Of a stretch of 64,000 nucleotides of DNA, positions 24,898 through 37,757 are shown piece after piece (the first letter of the stretch is position 1; the number at the start of each line of letters is the position of its first letter). The notes under the pieces were generated by a model, which was given only the letters and a program-made list of their open reading frames with translations, did not search any database and was not told the DNA's origin. A program made the position numbers and the translations under genes. Origin of the DNA: Octopus vulgaris (lineage: Eukaryota); contig OX597815.1 of assembly GCA_951406725.2 (NCBI GenBank), positions 196,540,001 to 196,604,000 of the forward strand, read 5' to 3'.

Positions 24898-25654
24898 ATA
24901 GTGTAATAAATAAAATATATGCATACATACAAACATATATGTACGTACCGACATCTACATGTATATATATACATGCATATATAAATATATATATACGTAC
25001 AGGACATCACAAGAAGACGAAAAAATCAACAGAACGAAAACGGAGAAGACATTTTGTTACAACAGAAGGACAGAGACGAGGAACAAAACGAAACGAAAAA
25101 GAAAACGGGAAAAACAATTATGTGTAACAGAAAAACGAAGTGCAGGACGTGCTACACAAGGAAAAATCCCCTTCATCAGCTGTCGCTAGCAGACACGTGT
25201 TTCGAAAGCAAGACAGAACACGTAAGGTCAAGCTAGGCCTTCCTACGAGAGAATTAAAATAAAATAAACTCGTAGAGGGGTAAACGAGCAGGAAAAATGT
25301 AACACAAAAAGGGACGTAACAAAGAACTGCACAAAAAATACATACAAGAAAAAATAATACAAAATTAATAGCGACAGCTGATGAAGGGGATTTTTCCTTG
25401 TGTAGCACGTCCTGTACTTCGTTTTTCTGCTACACATAATTGTCTTTCCCGTTTTCTTTTTCGTTTCGTTTTGTTCCTCGTCTCTGTCCTTCTGTTGTAA
25501 CAAAATGTCTTCTGCGTTTTCGTTCTGTTGATTTTTTTCGTCTTCTTGTGATGTCCTGTACGTATATATATATATTTATATATGCATGTATATATACATG
25601 CAGATGTCGGTACGTACATATATGTTTGTATGTATGCATATATTTTATTTATTA

Positions 25655-25660
<6 letters not shown>
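24898..25660. mobile_element. PLE-type fold-back block D: ~290-bp inverted arms with ~180-bp spacer
   Basis: 24898-25189 is the reverse complement of 25369-25660. It carries CTGATGA/GAAAC motifs and has a relative at 49265-49749. Confidence 0.88.
25168..25236 (-). ncRNA. Candidate non-canonically ordered hammerhead-like RNA
   Basis: Minus strand: ctagc-ttgacctt-acgtg-TT-ctgtc-ttg-ctttc-GAAA-cacgt-gtct-gctag-c-gacag-CTGATGA-agggg. Confidence 0.5.
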
Positions 25661-25706
<46 letters not shown>

Positions 25707-25780
25707 GTATGTATATATATATATGTATGAATATATATGTATGTATATATGAATGTATAGTGTGCGTGTGCGTGTATGTG

Positions 25781-25813
<33 letters not shown>

Positions 25814-26261
25814 AAATCGAAAAATGTCGGGCGCTTTCAGATATGAATATATTTATTTAACAACTTGTTATCCTTTGGATTACGGCCGTTTCGTATTCCT
25901 TTAACATTTTAACGCTATTTAAAAATAGTTGTTGTTCAAAACTATGCCTTGTTTTAGTCTTTCTAGACTCTGGTGCCTGTTCCCTTCGGAATTCATATAC
26001 TTTATTTCTTTTTCATATGTATTTGAAATACTTTCAAATCTTTTTTTTTAGTTAATTTAGCTACTTTACTTCCTCTCTCTATCCCTTCCTTTTCTTATGT
26101 TTGTATGAAGAGAGGCCCTTTCCCTAATCTTAGACCCAGTGTCTTAATTGATATGATACAAAATATATTTATTTACATTTAATTTTCTTATTTTTGCAAA
26201 GCCATACTAAATTAACTTTATCTACTACCGGAATTCCACATATTGCATATATATATAAATA

Positions 26262-26342
<81 letters not shown>

Positions 26343-26873
26343 ATCTGTGTATGTGTGTGTGTGTGTATGTGTTTGTGCGTGTATGTGTGCGTGCTTGCTT
26401 GTAAAGAAAACTTTTGTATGTCTACGCAGACTTGAAACATTGGTGTAACCGTGATAGTTTTCGGCTCAAAATTTCTAGAACCACCATTGACATTGACTTA
26501 CGCTTATTTCCGATCCGCATATACTGTATTGATATTCCTTGCACTTTCCCTCGCGTTCTTAATTTTACTGAACTCATAAAGGAAAATATGCTGAATATGC
26601 TCCTTTGTCACTTCCATTACAGCTTTGAAAAAATAACTGTTCAACTCAAACTGCACTCTTCAAAATTTTCACTAAGAATAAGCACAAGATAAAATTACTA
26701 CCAGCTTTTATAGCAAGTTGATGCAGGTAGATTATCCCGTACCCCTCCGACTTTTAGTTCATGCAAATGAAAAAACTGCATTATTTATGGGATGACCCAA
26801 TACATGCATAGAAACATAGACTGATCATACATACCGTATATGTATGTAAATATGTATGTATGTATGTATGTAT

Positions 26874-27093
26874 GCGGCAGAATCGTTAGCACGTCGGGCA
26901 AAATGCTTAGCGGTATTTCGTCTGCCGCTACGTTCTGAGTTCAAATTCCGCCGAAGTCGGCTTTGCCTTTCCTCCTTCCGGGGTCGATTAAATAAGTACC
27001 AGTTACGCACTGGGGTCGATATAATCGACTTAATCCGTTTGTCTGTCCTTATTTGTCCTCTCTGTGTTTAGCTCCTTGTGGGTAGTAAAGAAA
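26874..27093 (+). mobile_element. SINE group D
   Basis: Same consensus as 15010-15213, with the head ggcagaatcgttagcacg. Confidence 0.87.
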
Positions 27094-27117
27094 AAGGTAT
27101 TTATCTGTCTATCTCTG

Positions 27118-27202
<85 letters not shown>

Positions 27203-27949
27203 CTCCGTGTGTATGTATGTATGCATGCATGCATGTATGTATGTATCCATGATTTTTTGTCACTAAAAGCGAAAATGTTGTAAGAAAAATAACTCGAAGT
27301 GAATAGTAACTTGAACTTTGGCAATAAATTTGAATAAATATATTTGAAATGATACGCAAGAGAAATTCTTGATTTATTGCAATCATGTTTTTTTTTCCGA
27401 AGCAAGAATAAACAAACGCCTAGTGTCAACTGAGACTAGTTCCATCTGGGAAGGAATGATAATCTCAAGAATCAAGAATTTGTCCAAATTGCTTTCTTTT
27501 TTCTTTTATGCTTAATGCAGATACATTAGTAATATTTGTGAATTATTCCGTTTAACTTCTCTCTTCTTTGAGCTTATAGTTATAAATTTCATATGCCAAC
27601 GATTACTTGTATTATAGACTAGCTCTCGCTTGAGAAATAATGCATTGTTTTCTCAAGCAATTTATATTTCGTTATGAAAAATGATGAAATCTATTGTTGT
27701 AATGAATTTTCGCTCTGAAATAATATTTTCATGGTTGCACGCTTCCTTTTAAGAAACATTACACTAGACATTGCTTATTTACCTAAGAGTTACACAAAAT
27801 ACTAGAACACGATAGTTAGCCGATGAAGAAATTGCATCTATTTTGAGCAGGCAAAACTTGTACGTATACTAATATAATAAAATCATTTCATCCATTAAAT
27901 AAATCGACGCCATTTATCTGAGAAGATTAAATATCTGAGTAAGACAACT

Positions 27950-29520
27950 GACAAATTTCTCACATTAATTGTCAGCCAAAATTGTAGGTCTTCTATCGTT
28001 TATATTACCATTGGATATTCAGAAAAGGAATGGGAACAATTTCTTGCAATTTTAAGACACAAACTTGCTTTCATATTTTATCGGCAGATGCTGATGAACA
28101 TGAAAGGGTAATTTTTTGTAGTAATATTAATCTAGTGTTACTATCAAACAATTTGCGCCTAATTCGTTGGTGAAGTTGAACGTGAGATAGATTGAAGATC
28201 CATTAAGGTAAGGAGTGTATAAAGAAATCGAAGTAGTTCTGATCATTTGAATTTCAAATGCGCAGCAAATTATTTCAGAAGTCAAACCACAGTGGATTGA
28301 CAAATGCATCAACTGAAAATCCTTCAAAATGTCTAGGTCAAGATGAGTCTTCGCCAGCTGCAAATGAGAAAGCCAGTTACAAATTTTTCCATGAGAAAGT
28401 ATACGAGATGTTCCATACAATGAAGGCATTAACGCAAGACAAGCTGAATAAGCTCACCAGCAGAATCTATGAGATAAATGTTGAGTCATTTGGAGTAAAG
28501 GTTGATGGCAAGAAGAAACTAACTGCTAAGTCCGGCAAAACCCGGCGAGAAAGAATGATGAAAAGAACTTATGGAAAACAGGTCAGGGCCCAGAAGAAAA
28601 AAAATTTTGTTAGTCCTGTGTGAAGATTTAAAAACTGTATTGAAAGAAGGGAGGTTACTAGGAAGATGATGGCAGAGACTAAGCGCTGTAGGTTATAGGC
28701 TAAATTGCACTAAAGATGAACTGCATAGTAATGTATAAAAGGCCTATAGTGACTCAGTGCGAGACCAACCGTTCCTAATCCTGAACGGTTTGAAACGACC
28801 AATGAAATAAGGAACCGAATTTCAGTTTGGGGATTTCGACAAAAGACAGCTTCGTGAAGAAGGCAAGCGTGAATGTGCACCAGGAGGTGATGAAATGTTT
28901 TTGAAAGTGAAATTGCTGCAGGTTGTACTTATGTAGATGCTACATGTATGTGTAGACCCCTCAGCGTTTTAAAGCTGATAAGTCACGCATTTGTCAAAGA
29001 TCGGCAGAAAGAAATGTATTTCAAAATAGCCGATGAAACCATGCCAATGGTTAAAGGCAAATTTGTGAAAATGTCTACGACGATAGTACACTAGCATTGT
29101 CGAAGATGGTTTAAAATAAATAGATAAGTCGAAGCTACTGGGCAATTAGAATATCTGGTGTTTATAGTTTGGTCTATATCCCAGTTTTTCATGGCCCTAT
29201 CGTATACGGAGTAGCACTATCGAGAGTAGAGATTGTGGCGCAAAAATGCAGTATCTACATCAGGAAATGCTTTAGTCTTCTTTAATAATAAACTCTTCAG
29301 TGCTATACTGAAAGAGAATACTTCTTTAACTATATATAACATCAATCTTTGAGATTTACAAAACTGAAAAGGTGGAAAGATTCATGATGCTGAGTGTGTT
29401 GAAAGTCGTAGAAATACGGGGCAACCTGACAGATATCAAACCTGCTAGAAAATGGTGGGCAGAGAAGGAAACTGGTTGCATAACAGCATCACTTGAACAT
29501 CGTGATAGAGTGGGCGAACA
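27950..29520 (+). mobile_element. Highly degenerate RTE-like LINE remnant
   Basis: Scattered weak motifs: GYSEKE/FRKG-like segment, MKALTQDKLNKLTSRIYE, RPxS..LISHA and an IVYG segment. Boundaries are uncertain. Confidence 0.4.
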
Positions 29521-29876
29521 ATTAAAACTGACTGGGAAGGTAGAGATATAATCGATTTAAATAATCCATTTAAAGACATAATTCATTTAAACCATTTTCG
29601 ACGATGGCACAGAAGGAGAACAGAGCTGCTGTTACTAGCTGTATTAAAACTAGAAACGCAATAAACAGGGAAGTGCATTTCGATTCAGTACCTTCATAAA
29701 GTTTAGGTGAACCACTGGGTAGAGGCGTTTATTGAAAGGAAGGTGGGTTAGAATAAGATCTGGAGATGGGGAACATCACGGATGAGCTTCATTCTTCAAG
29801 TCGCCTATAATGTGAAAAATAGGGAACGACGACAAATATAGTTACGGAAAAGTTGTCACGCTTAATTCATATCTAA

Positions 29877-30376
29877 CTAGCAGTATCGCCCGGCGTTGCT
29901 CGGGTTTGTAAGGGAAATAACTATATAAGCATTTTTAGAGAGTTACTTCCCTTATAGATGCCAATTCGGGCTTTCTTAGCCATTTCTGTTTTGGCGACTT
30001 CAAGCCATTAAGTCGTTGTTCTAAAAGAACGCTGGTCTCCTTGACAACGCTTTACGACGTTGATTTCCTTACACTCCCTTCCCCACAGCTTCACGAGGGA
30101 GGGAAGAAGGGGGAGAAGCAAACTGGTGCAGGTGTTACCATGGACGCCAACTCCGCCGCCATCGACACACGAAAAATTATGCATTAAAATGGAATAAAAA
30201 ATGATGTTAAATTATTTTTAAAATCGTAGACGCGCTAATACTCAGACGGGCTCGATATGAATCACGACTATAAGATACCCGAATTTGGTTAAACTGCACC
30301 GCAAAATGTGGGAGTAGTTAGGAATCTAAATCGAAGGGGACAGACACTCACACAACTACAGTTTTATATATATAGA
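29877..30376 (-). mobile_element. Non-autonomous Helitron-like element, subfamily 3 (distinct GC-richer internal segment)
   Basis: 5' TC and 3' cccgagcaacgccgggcgatactgCTAG. Both ends are shared with subfamily 1, while the internal ~29955-30170 differs. Confidence 0.85.
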
Positions 30377-30627
30377 TTAGGCAAAGGCGTTGGACGCAAT
30401 GAGGTCCTAAACATTCTCTGTACTGCCGCCAAAAGCAGGTGCAAATGATCAATGGTGGCAACAAACGGCAGAGTGATGGCAATAATCGATTTTTCACATT
30501 GCTTTTTCGTGGTCAAGATGAGGAAGCTTAGAATAATGAAAAACTGGGATGGAGTTTGGGAGGTTGATGTTTGTAGGGTGTGAACGCCATTTTCCAATAC
30601 CAAGAAGGAAGAAGGTGTATATGACAA

Positions 30628-31017
30628 CTAGCAATATCTCCCGGCGTTGCTCGGGTTTGTAAGGGAAATAACCATAAAGCATTTTTAGAGAGTTATAGCC
30701 AAAAAATAGCAAAAGATTGCATTAAAAATGAACAAAAAATGATGGTAATTTTTTTTTAATCGTTGACTCATGGTAGACATTTTTAGAGAGTTACTTCCCT
30801 TATATAATAGCTAAGAAAATGCATTAAAATGGAAAAAATTATGGTAAATTATTTTTAAAATCGTAGACTCATTGTAGACGTGCGCTAGTACCCAGAAGGG
30901 CTCGGTATGAATCACGACTATAAGATACCCGGTATTGGTTAAACTGCACCGCAAAATGTGGGAGTAGTTAGGAATCTAATTCGTAGGAGACAGACACACA
31001 ACCTTACTTTTATATAT
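30628..31017 (-). mobile_element. Non-autonomous Helitron-like element, subfamily 1
   Basis: Homologous to 12699-13094. The 3' CTAG is present and the 5' terminus is clipped. Confidence 0.85.
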
Positions 31018-31321
31018 GACAATATGGTGTGAGGAATGCAAAATAACGCAGCTTATTGAATAAACTGTTCTACTTGAGACAATGGCGATGCAGCATAGTT
31101 TAGGACAGATAAGTGTTATGGCACTCCACTAGAAGACTATACAGATGGTATTTGGAGTGAAGTGCACTTTCCTTTGGATGTAGGGGTTTTATTGAACCCA
31201 GATTGAGATTCTGAAAACTACCTATTGGCGTCAAACATCGTCAAACAAACTTCGTTTTTAAAGAGAGCATTTAAACAGCGAAATTGCTGGCCTTGTTCCA
31301 AAATTATTATTATTATTATTA

Positions 31322-33989
31322 CTTTTTTTTTCTTCTTTCAAATTTTCCATTTCTTGCCGAGTGTCTTACCGACTCCTAGGGCAAAGAAACTCATAGTGTA
31401 TATTGGTAGGCCATTAAACCAAACTCAGTAGTTCGTTCATTTTTTTAATTTTTTTAAAGTTAAATTAAAATACATGAGCAGCAACAGTTCTCACATCGAC
31501 AATGCTCTTCTCAATACGTGTGATGTACCAGTTAAGACAATCTTTTGCACTTCTTGCAGGGATGGTAAGCCAGGGATCATTCTCATATAATTTTCGGTTC
31601 CCTTCTTGATCATTCCTAGTGCTCCTACGATCACTGGTATTGTAACCGCCTTGAGATGCCACATTTTCTCAATTTCAATGAGTAAGTCTTTATATTTTCT
31701 GAGCTTGTCAAACTCTTTCGCTGAGATATTATGATCACAGGGGATGCTCATGTCGATCAATAAGCAAACTTTATTGTTTTGGTCTTTCACAACAATATCT
31801 GGTTTATTGGCCTTGATGGTTCGGTCTGTATGTACTGGAAAGTCCCACAGAATGGTTACATTTTCTCCTTCAGTTACAGCCTCAGGGTGGTGATTATACC
31901 ACTTGTCGGCAGTTTTGATATTGTAATGCCGACTTATTAGCCAGTGGAGATATTGGCCAACTCTGTCATGTCTTAATTTATACTCCACTGGTGCTAAGAC
32001 TTTACATCCAGAGATTAGGTGGTCCACTGTTTCAATCATGTCGTTGCAGAATCGGCATTTTGGGTCTGCTCCATTTTTCATCACATTGGCCTGGTAGTTC
32101 CGGGTTGATAGGCTTTGGTCATGAGCAGCCAGGATGAAACCTTCGCTCTCTGCTTTTAGCCCTGAGCTCCGCAGCCACTGATGGGTTTGCTTCTGGTCAA
32201 CATCAGCTTGTTTGCTGCGGGTCACATATTTGCCGTGCAGAGGTTTCTCCTACCACCTATCAGCCAATTGCTCGTGCGCTTTTTTCATTGCCATCATTTT
32301 CACCTTCTTTGCAACAATAGTTGCCGTACTTCCGTCGGGTTGTTCAGTTTGGGTATCCTGCACGAGATCAATAGCAATTTTTTTGCTTTCCTTGATGATA
32401 GAATGAAGCTTCTTTCGTCTCTCGTGATTTTCCACGAGCTTTAGCATCCAGTCATTCGATATTTCGAGACATTTGGCCAGTCCAATTGTGGTTGTTTTGT
32501 AAGCTAGTTCAAATTGGATCAGGCCTCGACCTCCTTGGGCTCTGGGAAGGTAAAGGCGATCTACGTCTGCCTTTGGGTGGTGCATCCTATTACAACTCAG
32601 CAGCTTGCGTATTTTTCTATCTATATTCTTTACTTCACTCATATTCCAGTTCAACACGTTGTAGCTATAAGTAACAACTGGAACTGCTAGGGAATTTATA
32701 GCTAACACCTTGTTACGTGCATTTAGTTCAGATTTCAGGACTGCACGAACTCTCCTATAACATTCCTTCCTGATTTTCTCTTTCATGCTTGCATGCTGAA
32801 TACCAGAGCTTTCATTTATCCCTAAATATTTGTATGTTTGTTCTTGCTCAAGCTCTCTTATGACTGTGTCAACATCTAACAAGACTGAATTTGTGGTCTT
32901 CACTTTCCCTTTCTGGAAAGTGGCCTTGGCACACTTCTCAAGTCCAAACTCCATCCCGATGTCATCGCTGAATGATTTCACGGTGCGCAATAGGCCTTCA
33001 AGTTCATTATTGTCTTTACCATAAAGTTTTAAGTCATCCATTTAAAATAGATGGCTTATTTTTTTATTGGCAATTTTATACCCATACCCTGTTCTGTTTA
33101 ATTCACTTGTAAGGGGTATTAGGGCTATGCAGAATATTAAAGGTGAAAGTGAGTCACCTAGAAAAATTCCACAGTTGATGTTTATATTTTCTGAGGCAAG
33201 TACTCCATTAGAGTGGTATAATTGGAGATTCGTATTCCACAACGACATATTGTGCTTCAGGAAGTTTGAAATCACAGGGGAAATTTTGAAGATGTCCAGC
33301 GATCTCAAGATCCATGGATGCGGTATACTGTCGAAGGCCTTTTTATAGTCAATCCATGCGGTGCTGAGATTTCTGCGCTTGTTGTGACAGTTCTCAAGGA
33401 TCATACGATTGATTAGCAGTTGATCTTTGCATCCGTAAGAGCCTCGGCGGCACCCTTTTTGTTCAATGGGGAAAATATCGTTCTTCTCCATGAATGCATA
33501 TGTTTTCTCCGCCAGGATAGATGTTAGGATTTTATACGTGGTGGATAGACAGGTTATAGGCCGATAGTTTTTTGGAAGGTTGGTTTCGTTATTCTTTGGG
33601 AGTAGGTAAGTAATGCCACTTGCTAACCATTCAGGTGTTTTCTTTGGGTCTCTCATAATTCCATTGAGCAGCTGAACTAGCTTACCGTGCGCGCACGGGA
33701 GCGATGCGAGCCAGAAATTCGGCACCCTATCTTTACCGGGGGATTTCCAATTATGGGCCTACGTGAGTGCCTTTCTTAGGTCTGCTATTGTGATGTCTTC
33801 CCATGCTTGTTGTTGTAAATTTTGGTAGGTTCCTTCAGTTTGTATAATCCAGTCTGCATTTATGTTGTACGTCTTCTTGTCACTCCAAATACTTTTCCAA
33901 AAGTTTTGAACTTCTTCCATGGGAGGGAGGTCTTTAACGGTTACTTTCTCCTTCCCTATTTCTCTGTAGAATGTTTTGGCATTTTTTGG

Positions 33990-33990
<1 letters not shown>
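31322..33990 (-). mobile_element. R4/Dong-clade RLE non-LTR retrotransposon, 5'-truncated, between (TAA)n tracts
   Basis: RT plus zinc knuckle plus restriction-like endonuclease, a short 3' UTR, then A-run and (TAA)n at 31301-31321. The 5' end abuts (TAA)n. Confidence 0.95.
31491..33990 (-). pseudogene. Dong/R4 ORF (RT, CCHC, RLE) in one frame with three nonsense stops
   Basis: NYRPITCL, EQKGC, WIDYKKAFDS, GIFLGDSLSPL, HLF*MDDLKLY, CRFC..ETVDHLISGC, RHD, KPDIVV..D..IP and K..KY. The ORFs 33759-, 33042-, 32250- and 31491- are all in the same frame. Confidence 0.95.
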
Positions 33991-34044
<54 letters not shown>

Positions 34045-34045
<1 letters not shown>

Positions 34046-34376
34046 TATGTTTGACTTTTGCTTTATATCTGTACAAGTTGGCTCCAAGTCTCACCCAGAG
34101 ACCTCAAGAGACAACAGGTTGGAAGTTCTGTGCCATATATTTGGGGTTTTTTTTTTTTGATTTTGTACTAGTGAATGTCTAATACATAAAAATAAAATTT
34201 AAAAAAATAAATAAATAAAAAATTTTTAAAAATTAAATAAAAAAAGTTTGTTTTAAACCTTGGGATTACATAGAGAGTATTTTGCGTAGGATATGAGCAG
34301 TTCCCATGCGCACTATCTTTTGAATTTCTGCCATTTTGGGGTTTCCTGGTATCTGAGTTAGGTAGCAATCAGTCCC
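34045..34376 (-). mobile_element. 3' fragment of a second Dong-like family
   Basis: Reads KGTDCYLTQIPGNPKMAEIQKIVRMGTAHILRKILSM* plus 3' UTR, with (TAA)n on both sides. Homologous to 46748-47020. Confidence 0.9.
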
Positions 34377-34463
<87 letters not shown>

Positions 34464-35098
34464 GCATTTGAATACATAACACGTTACTGACACTAATGAG
34501 AAAGCTATAAATATTATTATATTCATTTCTCTTATACAAGACAAGTATTTTTATTAGTAGTGAGTGCTTTTAATAGGGATTAAGTAAGTGGTACAAATAG
34601 GATATGATGTTAATCCTATGTATTTCTAATTAATTCTACTTGCTGCTAACTACTTTTATACATATTTATAACACACGGCATTAATGACGTCAATAAGGAG
34701 GCTAGTTTTAGATATTATTCGGTTGATTGATACTTTCTGTCACGATATGCCAAAAATATGTGCGTGCTAGAAATAAATACTTATGGCGTTCATTTGTCGT
34801 GTGCGTTGTAATCGAAAAGACAGCTCGTTTTCAAAGTCTGCAATACAAGAACCTGCTTCCATTAGTAGCAGTTTTGTTAAACCGGTAAACTCTCAAAGAT
34901 TTAATTGTTAATATTAGGGATTTATCATTCATTAACCTCTCTCTAGGTTTAAATCAATTTTGTAAATGCTGCCTATATCTGACCAAGGATATCGAGCAAT
35001 GATTCTAACTGAAAGAAGTTTTAATTCCTTTTCAACATACATTTATTTACATATACACGACGTTCCAGACCTCCACAAATTTACATTTTATCTAGTAA

Positions 35099-35458
35099 CT
35101 AGCAGTATCGCCCGGAGTTACTAGGGTTTGTTTCGACCCTTTAGAATTGGAATTTTTGAAAAGTAAAACTTTTGCAGTATGTAGCTTGTTATTCTCTTTA
35201 AGTGAATATTTTTCTGGTTGAAATACACAGAAAAATGACGACAATGCAGTAAAAAAATCCTTAAAAAATAGGGATTTTCATAGAAAAAAAGCACCTTTTT
35301 TATGTAAATAATTTTTGGTCTTAACATGGTCCGATTTGAATTTTATCTTCTACTCTCAACTTCGGCCAACTTGCGCCGCATGCTCTCTGAGGAGATAGTG
35401 TTAGTTGAAGGCTACCAAACCTGCCATACACGGACAACTTCATCCTTATATAGAGAGA
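35099..35458 (-). mobile_element. Non-autonomous Helitron-like element, subfamily 4
   Basis: Same 3' terminus (reading ctagcagtatcgcccgg on +) and a TCTCTCTATATAA-type 5' end, with a different body. Confidence 0.75.
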
Positions 35459-36755
35459 TTTGTAAAATGTAGTGTACCTGAACTTTGTGTTTTACTGCTC
35501 TTAACCAGAGGATTCGGCTATGCTGATGCAACGTCATTGGGTTATTAATTTCATTTCATTTCCGCATATAAGTTTCCATATTCGGTATCTGCGATTAGAA
35601 GAAAACAAACATGCATATGTGTGCCTCATAGAAAGCTGAGATTTTAAGGAAGCTATTAAAAACCGTAGGACTTCAAACCTACACTGTTAATGCATTTTTT
35701 CATTACTGTATTTCATGTGTTTTCCTTTTGCTGGAGTTCGAGAGCATAATTTGAGCGAGATTTTATTGCCGTTCAAGTATCTATTTTGACACATTGGTTT
35801 GCTTGTTCACTGGTTCACCGTCATATATAACAGTATCTTAAAACTGTAATGATGGTATTAGTTTCCATTTGTGTTAAAAAGAAATCCTTAAAGCCTATAA
35901 TATATCAAAGAAAAAATGTGTCAGGCACTTAACAGTTTGTTTGCATTAATTAACTTTGTGGATTAATGGGATTTTCTTTATTATGAACAGTTGGGCCATA
36001 TTCTAAGGAAAGATATGGAACAAGATATTTTAATATCTATGGCTTCATATGGGTTTTAATTTGAAAGCGATTACGTATGAGTTCAAATCAAAATATAAAA
36101 TAACTTCCAGCTTTAGTTTTCCAAGTGATTGTTAGAGACCCACAGTGCTTTTTAATACTGCTACATATATAATGGATGATAATTTAAATATTATAATTTA
36201 TTAACCAATTAAAACTAAAGACTACATGCAAATTATTCATATTATCAAATTCTACCTCGATCACAAATGAAGTTTCACGTACTGTTGTTGCGGAAACTTT
36301 GATCAGCTATATTAAAAGGAATTCGATAAAACAAGGCCCTCAGTCGAGAATTTTATATCTTGAATTACCTCACTGTGTGAGGAGGGTCTGCACTTTAGCT
36401 ATTTGCCCCCACAGGAGTACGTGAACCCACAATATTCCAACACAATAAAATGATCTATAAAAGTAAAATGCTGTGCCACCTGAGCCATGCAGATTGAGAT
36501 GTGGGCAGTGACGATCAGTTTCGATGGTCAAAGGTACTCAACTACAGTATTATCCGGTGTTTTATAGACTTTTGAGAGCTGACATTATATTTTCGGAGTA
36601 CGTCAGGCTCATTCTGCTTTTCATGCTTCTTTTTAATCTGAATAAACTTATATTTTGGAAATCATTCTCTTAAGTTAGATAAACCAATGTAAACATTTCG
36701 GTCTTCCGTTCTATGACAAAATGTAGTCCTAATCAGATGTAAAGACGGCTTTTAG

Positions 36756-36796
<41 letters not shown>

Positions 36797-37356
36797 AATA
36801 TTGTTCACCTATCATTTTGCACTTCCCGAGAGATGTCGTTGCCTGAGAATCATAAGTAACAGTACGGTATCATATAATGTAGCGAGCCTCATTAACGCAT
36901 AATTAATTGAAAATACACCTGTATTGAGAAGAAAATGACAGACTGAATGGTCATTCTTGTAATGAAATTAAGGGAAGAAACTCCGAATTTTAAATTTATT
37001 AAAAACTGAATGCAGATAAGGAGGAAAACAGGAACCTGGAATTTATGCTGAAATTATACAACCCCAAACCAATCTATTTTCTATTATGTGCAAAATAAAT
37101 TTATCATTTGCCCCCTCAGGAGTCTATGAAATGCAGCAAACACAAATTGTAGTCGATTTAAAAGTCAACATATAGACCTACTTAATTTGGCTATTACAGC
37201 CCAGATACCTTCTGACTGCGCTCATGGCTATTATCTAATACATAGATGTTCAAACACTGAACTCTTAAGGATTGCTTTATCAAGGATTGCATTAAAGTAC
37301 TTCTGCCGATACTTCTGGCTTTCATTTTAGGCAGCGGATGCTGGGATCGTTCCGGA

Positions 37357-37757
37357 AGGTGGCGAGTTGGCAGATATGTTAGCACGCCGGGTGAAATACT
37401 TAGCAGTATTTCGTCTGCTGCTACGTTCTATGTTCAAATTCCGCCGATGTCGACTTTGCCTTTCATCCTTTCGGGTTCGATTAAATAAGTACCAGTTACG
37501 TACTGGGGTCGATATTATCGACTTAATCCGTGTGTCTGTCATTGGTTTAATCCGTGTATCTGTCATTGGTTTAGCCCCTTGTGGGTAGTAAAGAAATAGG
37601 TATTTCGTCTGCCGCTACGTTCTATGTTCAAATTCCGCTGAGGTCGACTTTGCCATTCATCCTGTCCCTTCTGTGTGTAGCCCCTTATGGGCAGTAAAGA
37701 AATAAGATAGTGCAATCGTTCTAGTTTGTTTTATTTCTTCTAGAACTTTGCGTTCTG
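37357..37757 (+). mobile_element. SINE group D with internal tandem duplications
   Basis: The unit tatttcgtctgccgctacgttct..ttcaaattccgc recurs, and ttaatccgtgt(g/a)tctgtcattggt is doubled. Confidence 0.82.

Noticed and set aside
25875-25900. Minus-strand GAAA-cggccg-UA hammerhead 3' half
   Set aside because: No CUGANGA or stem I partner was found upstream. At most a remnant.
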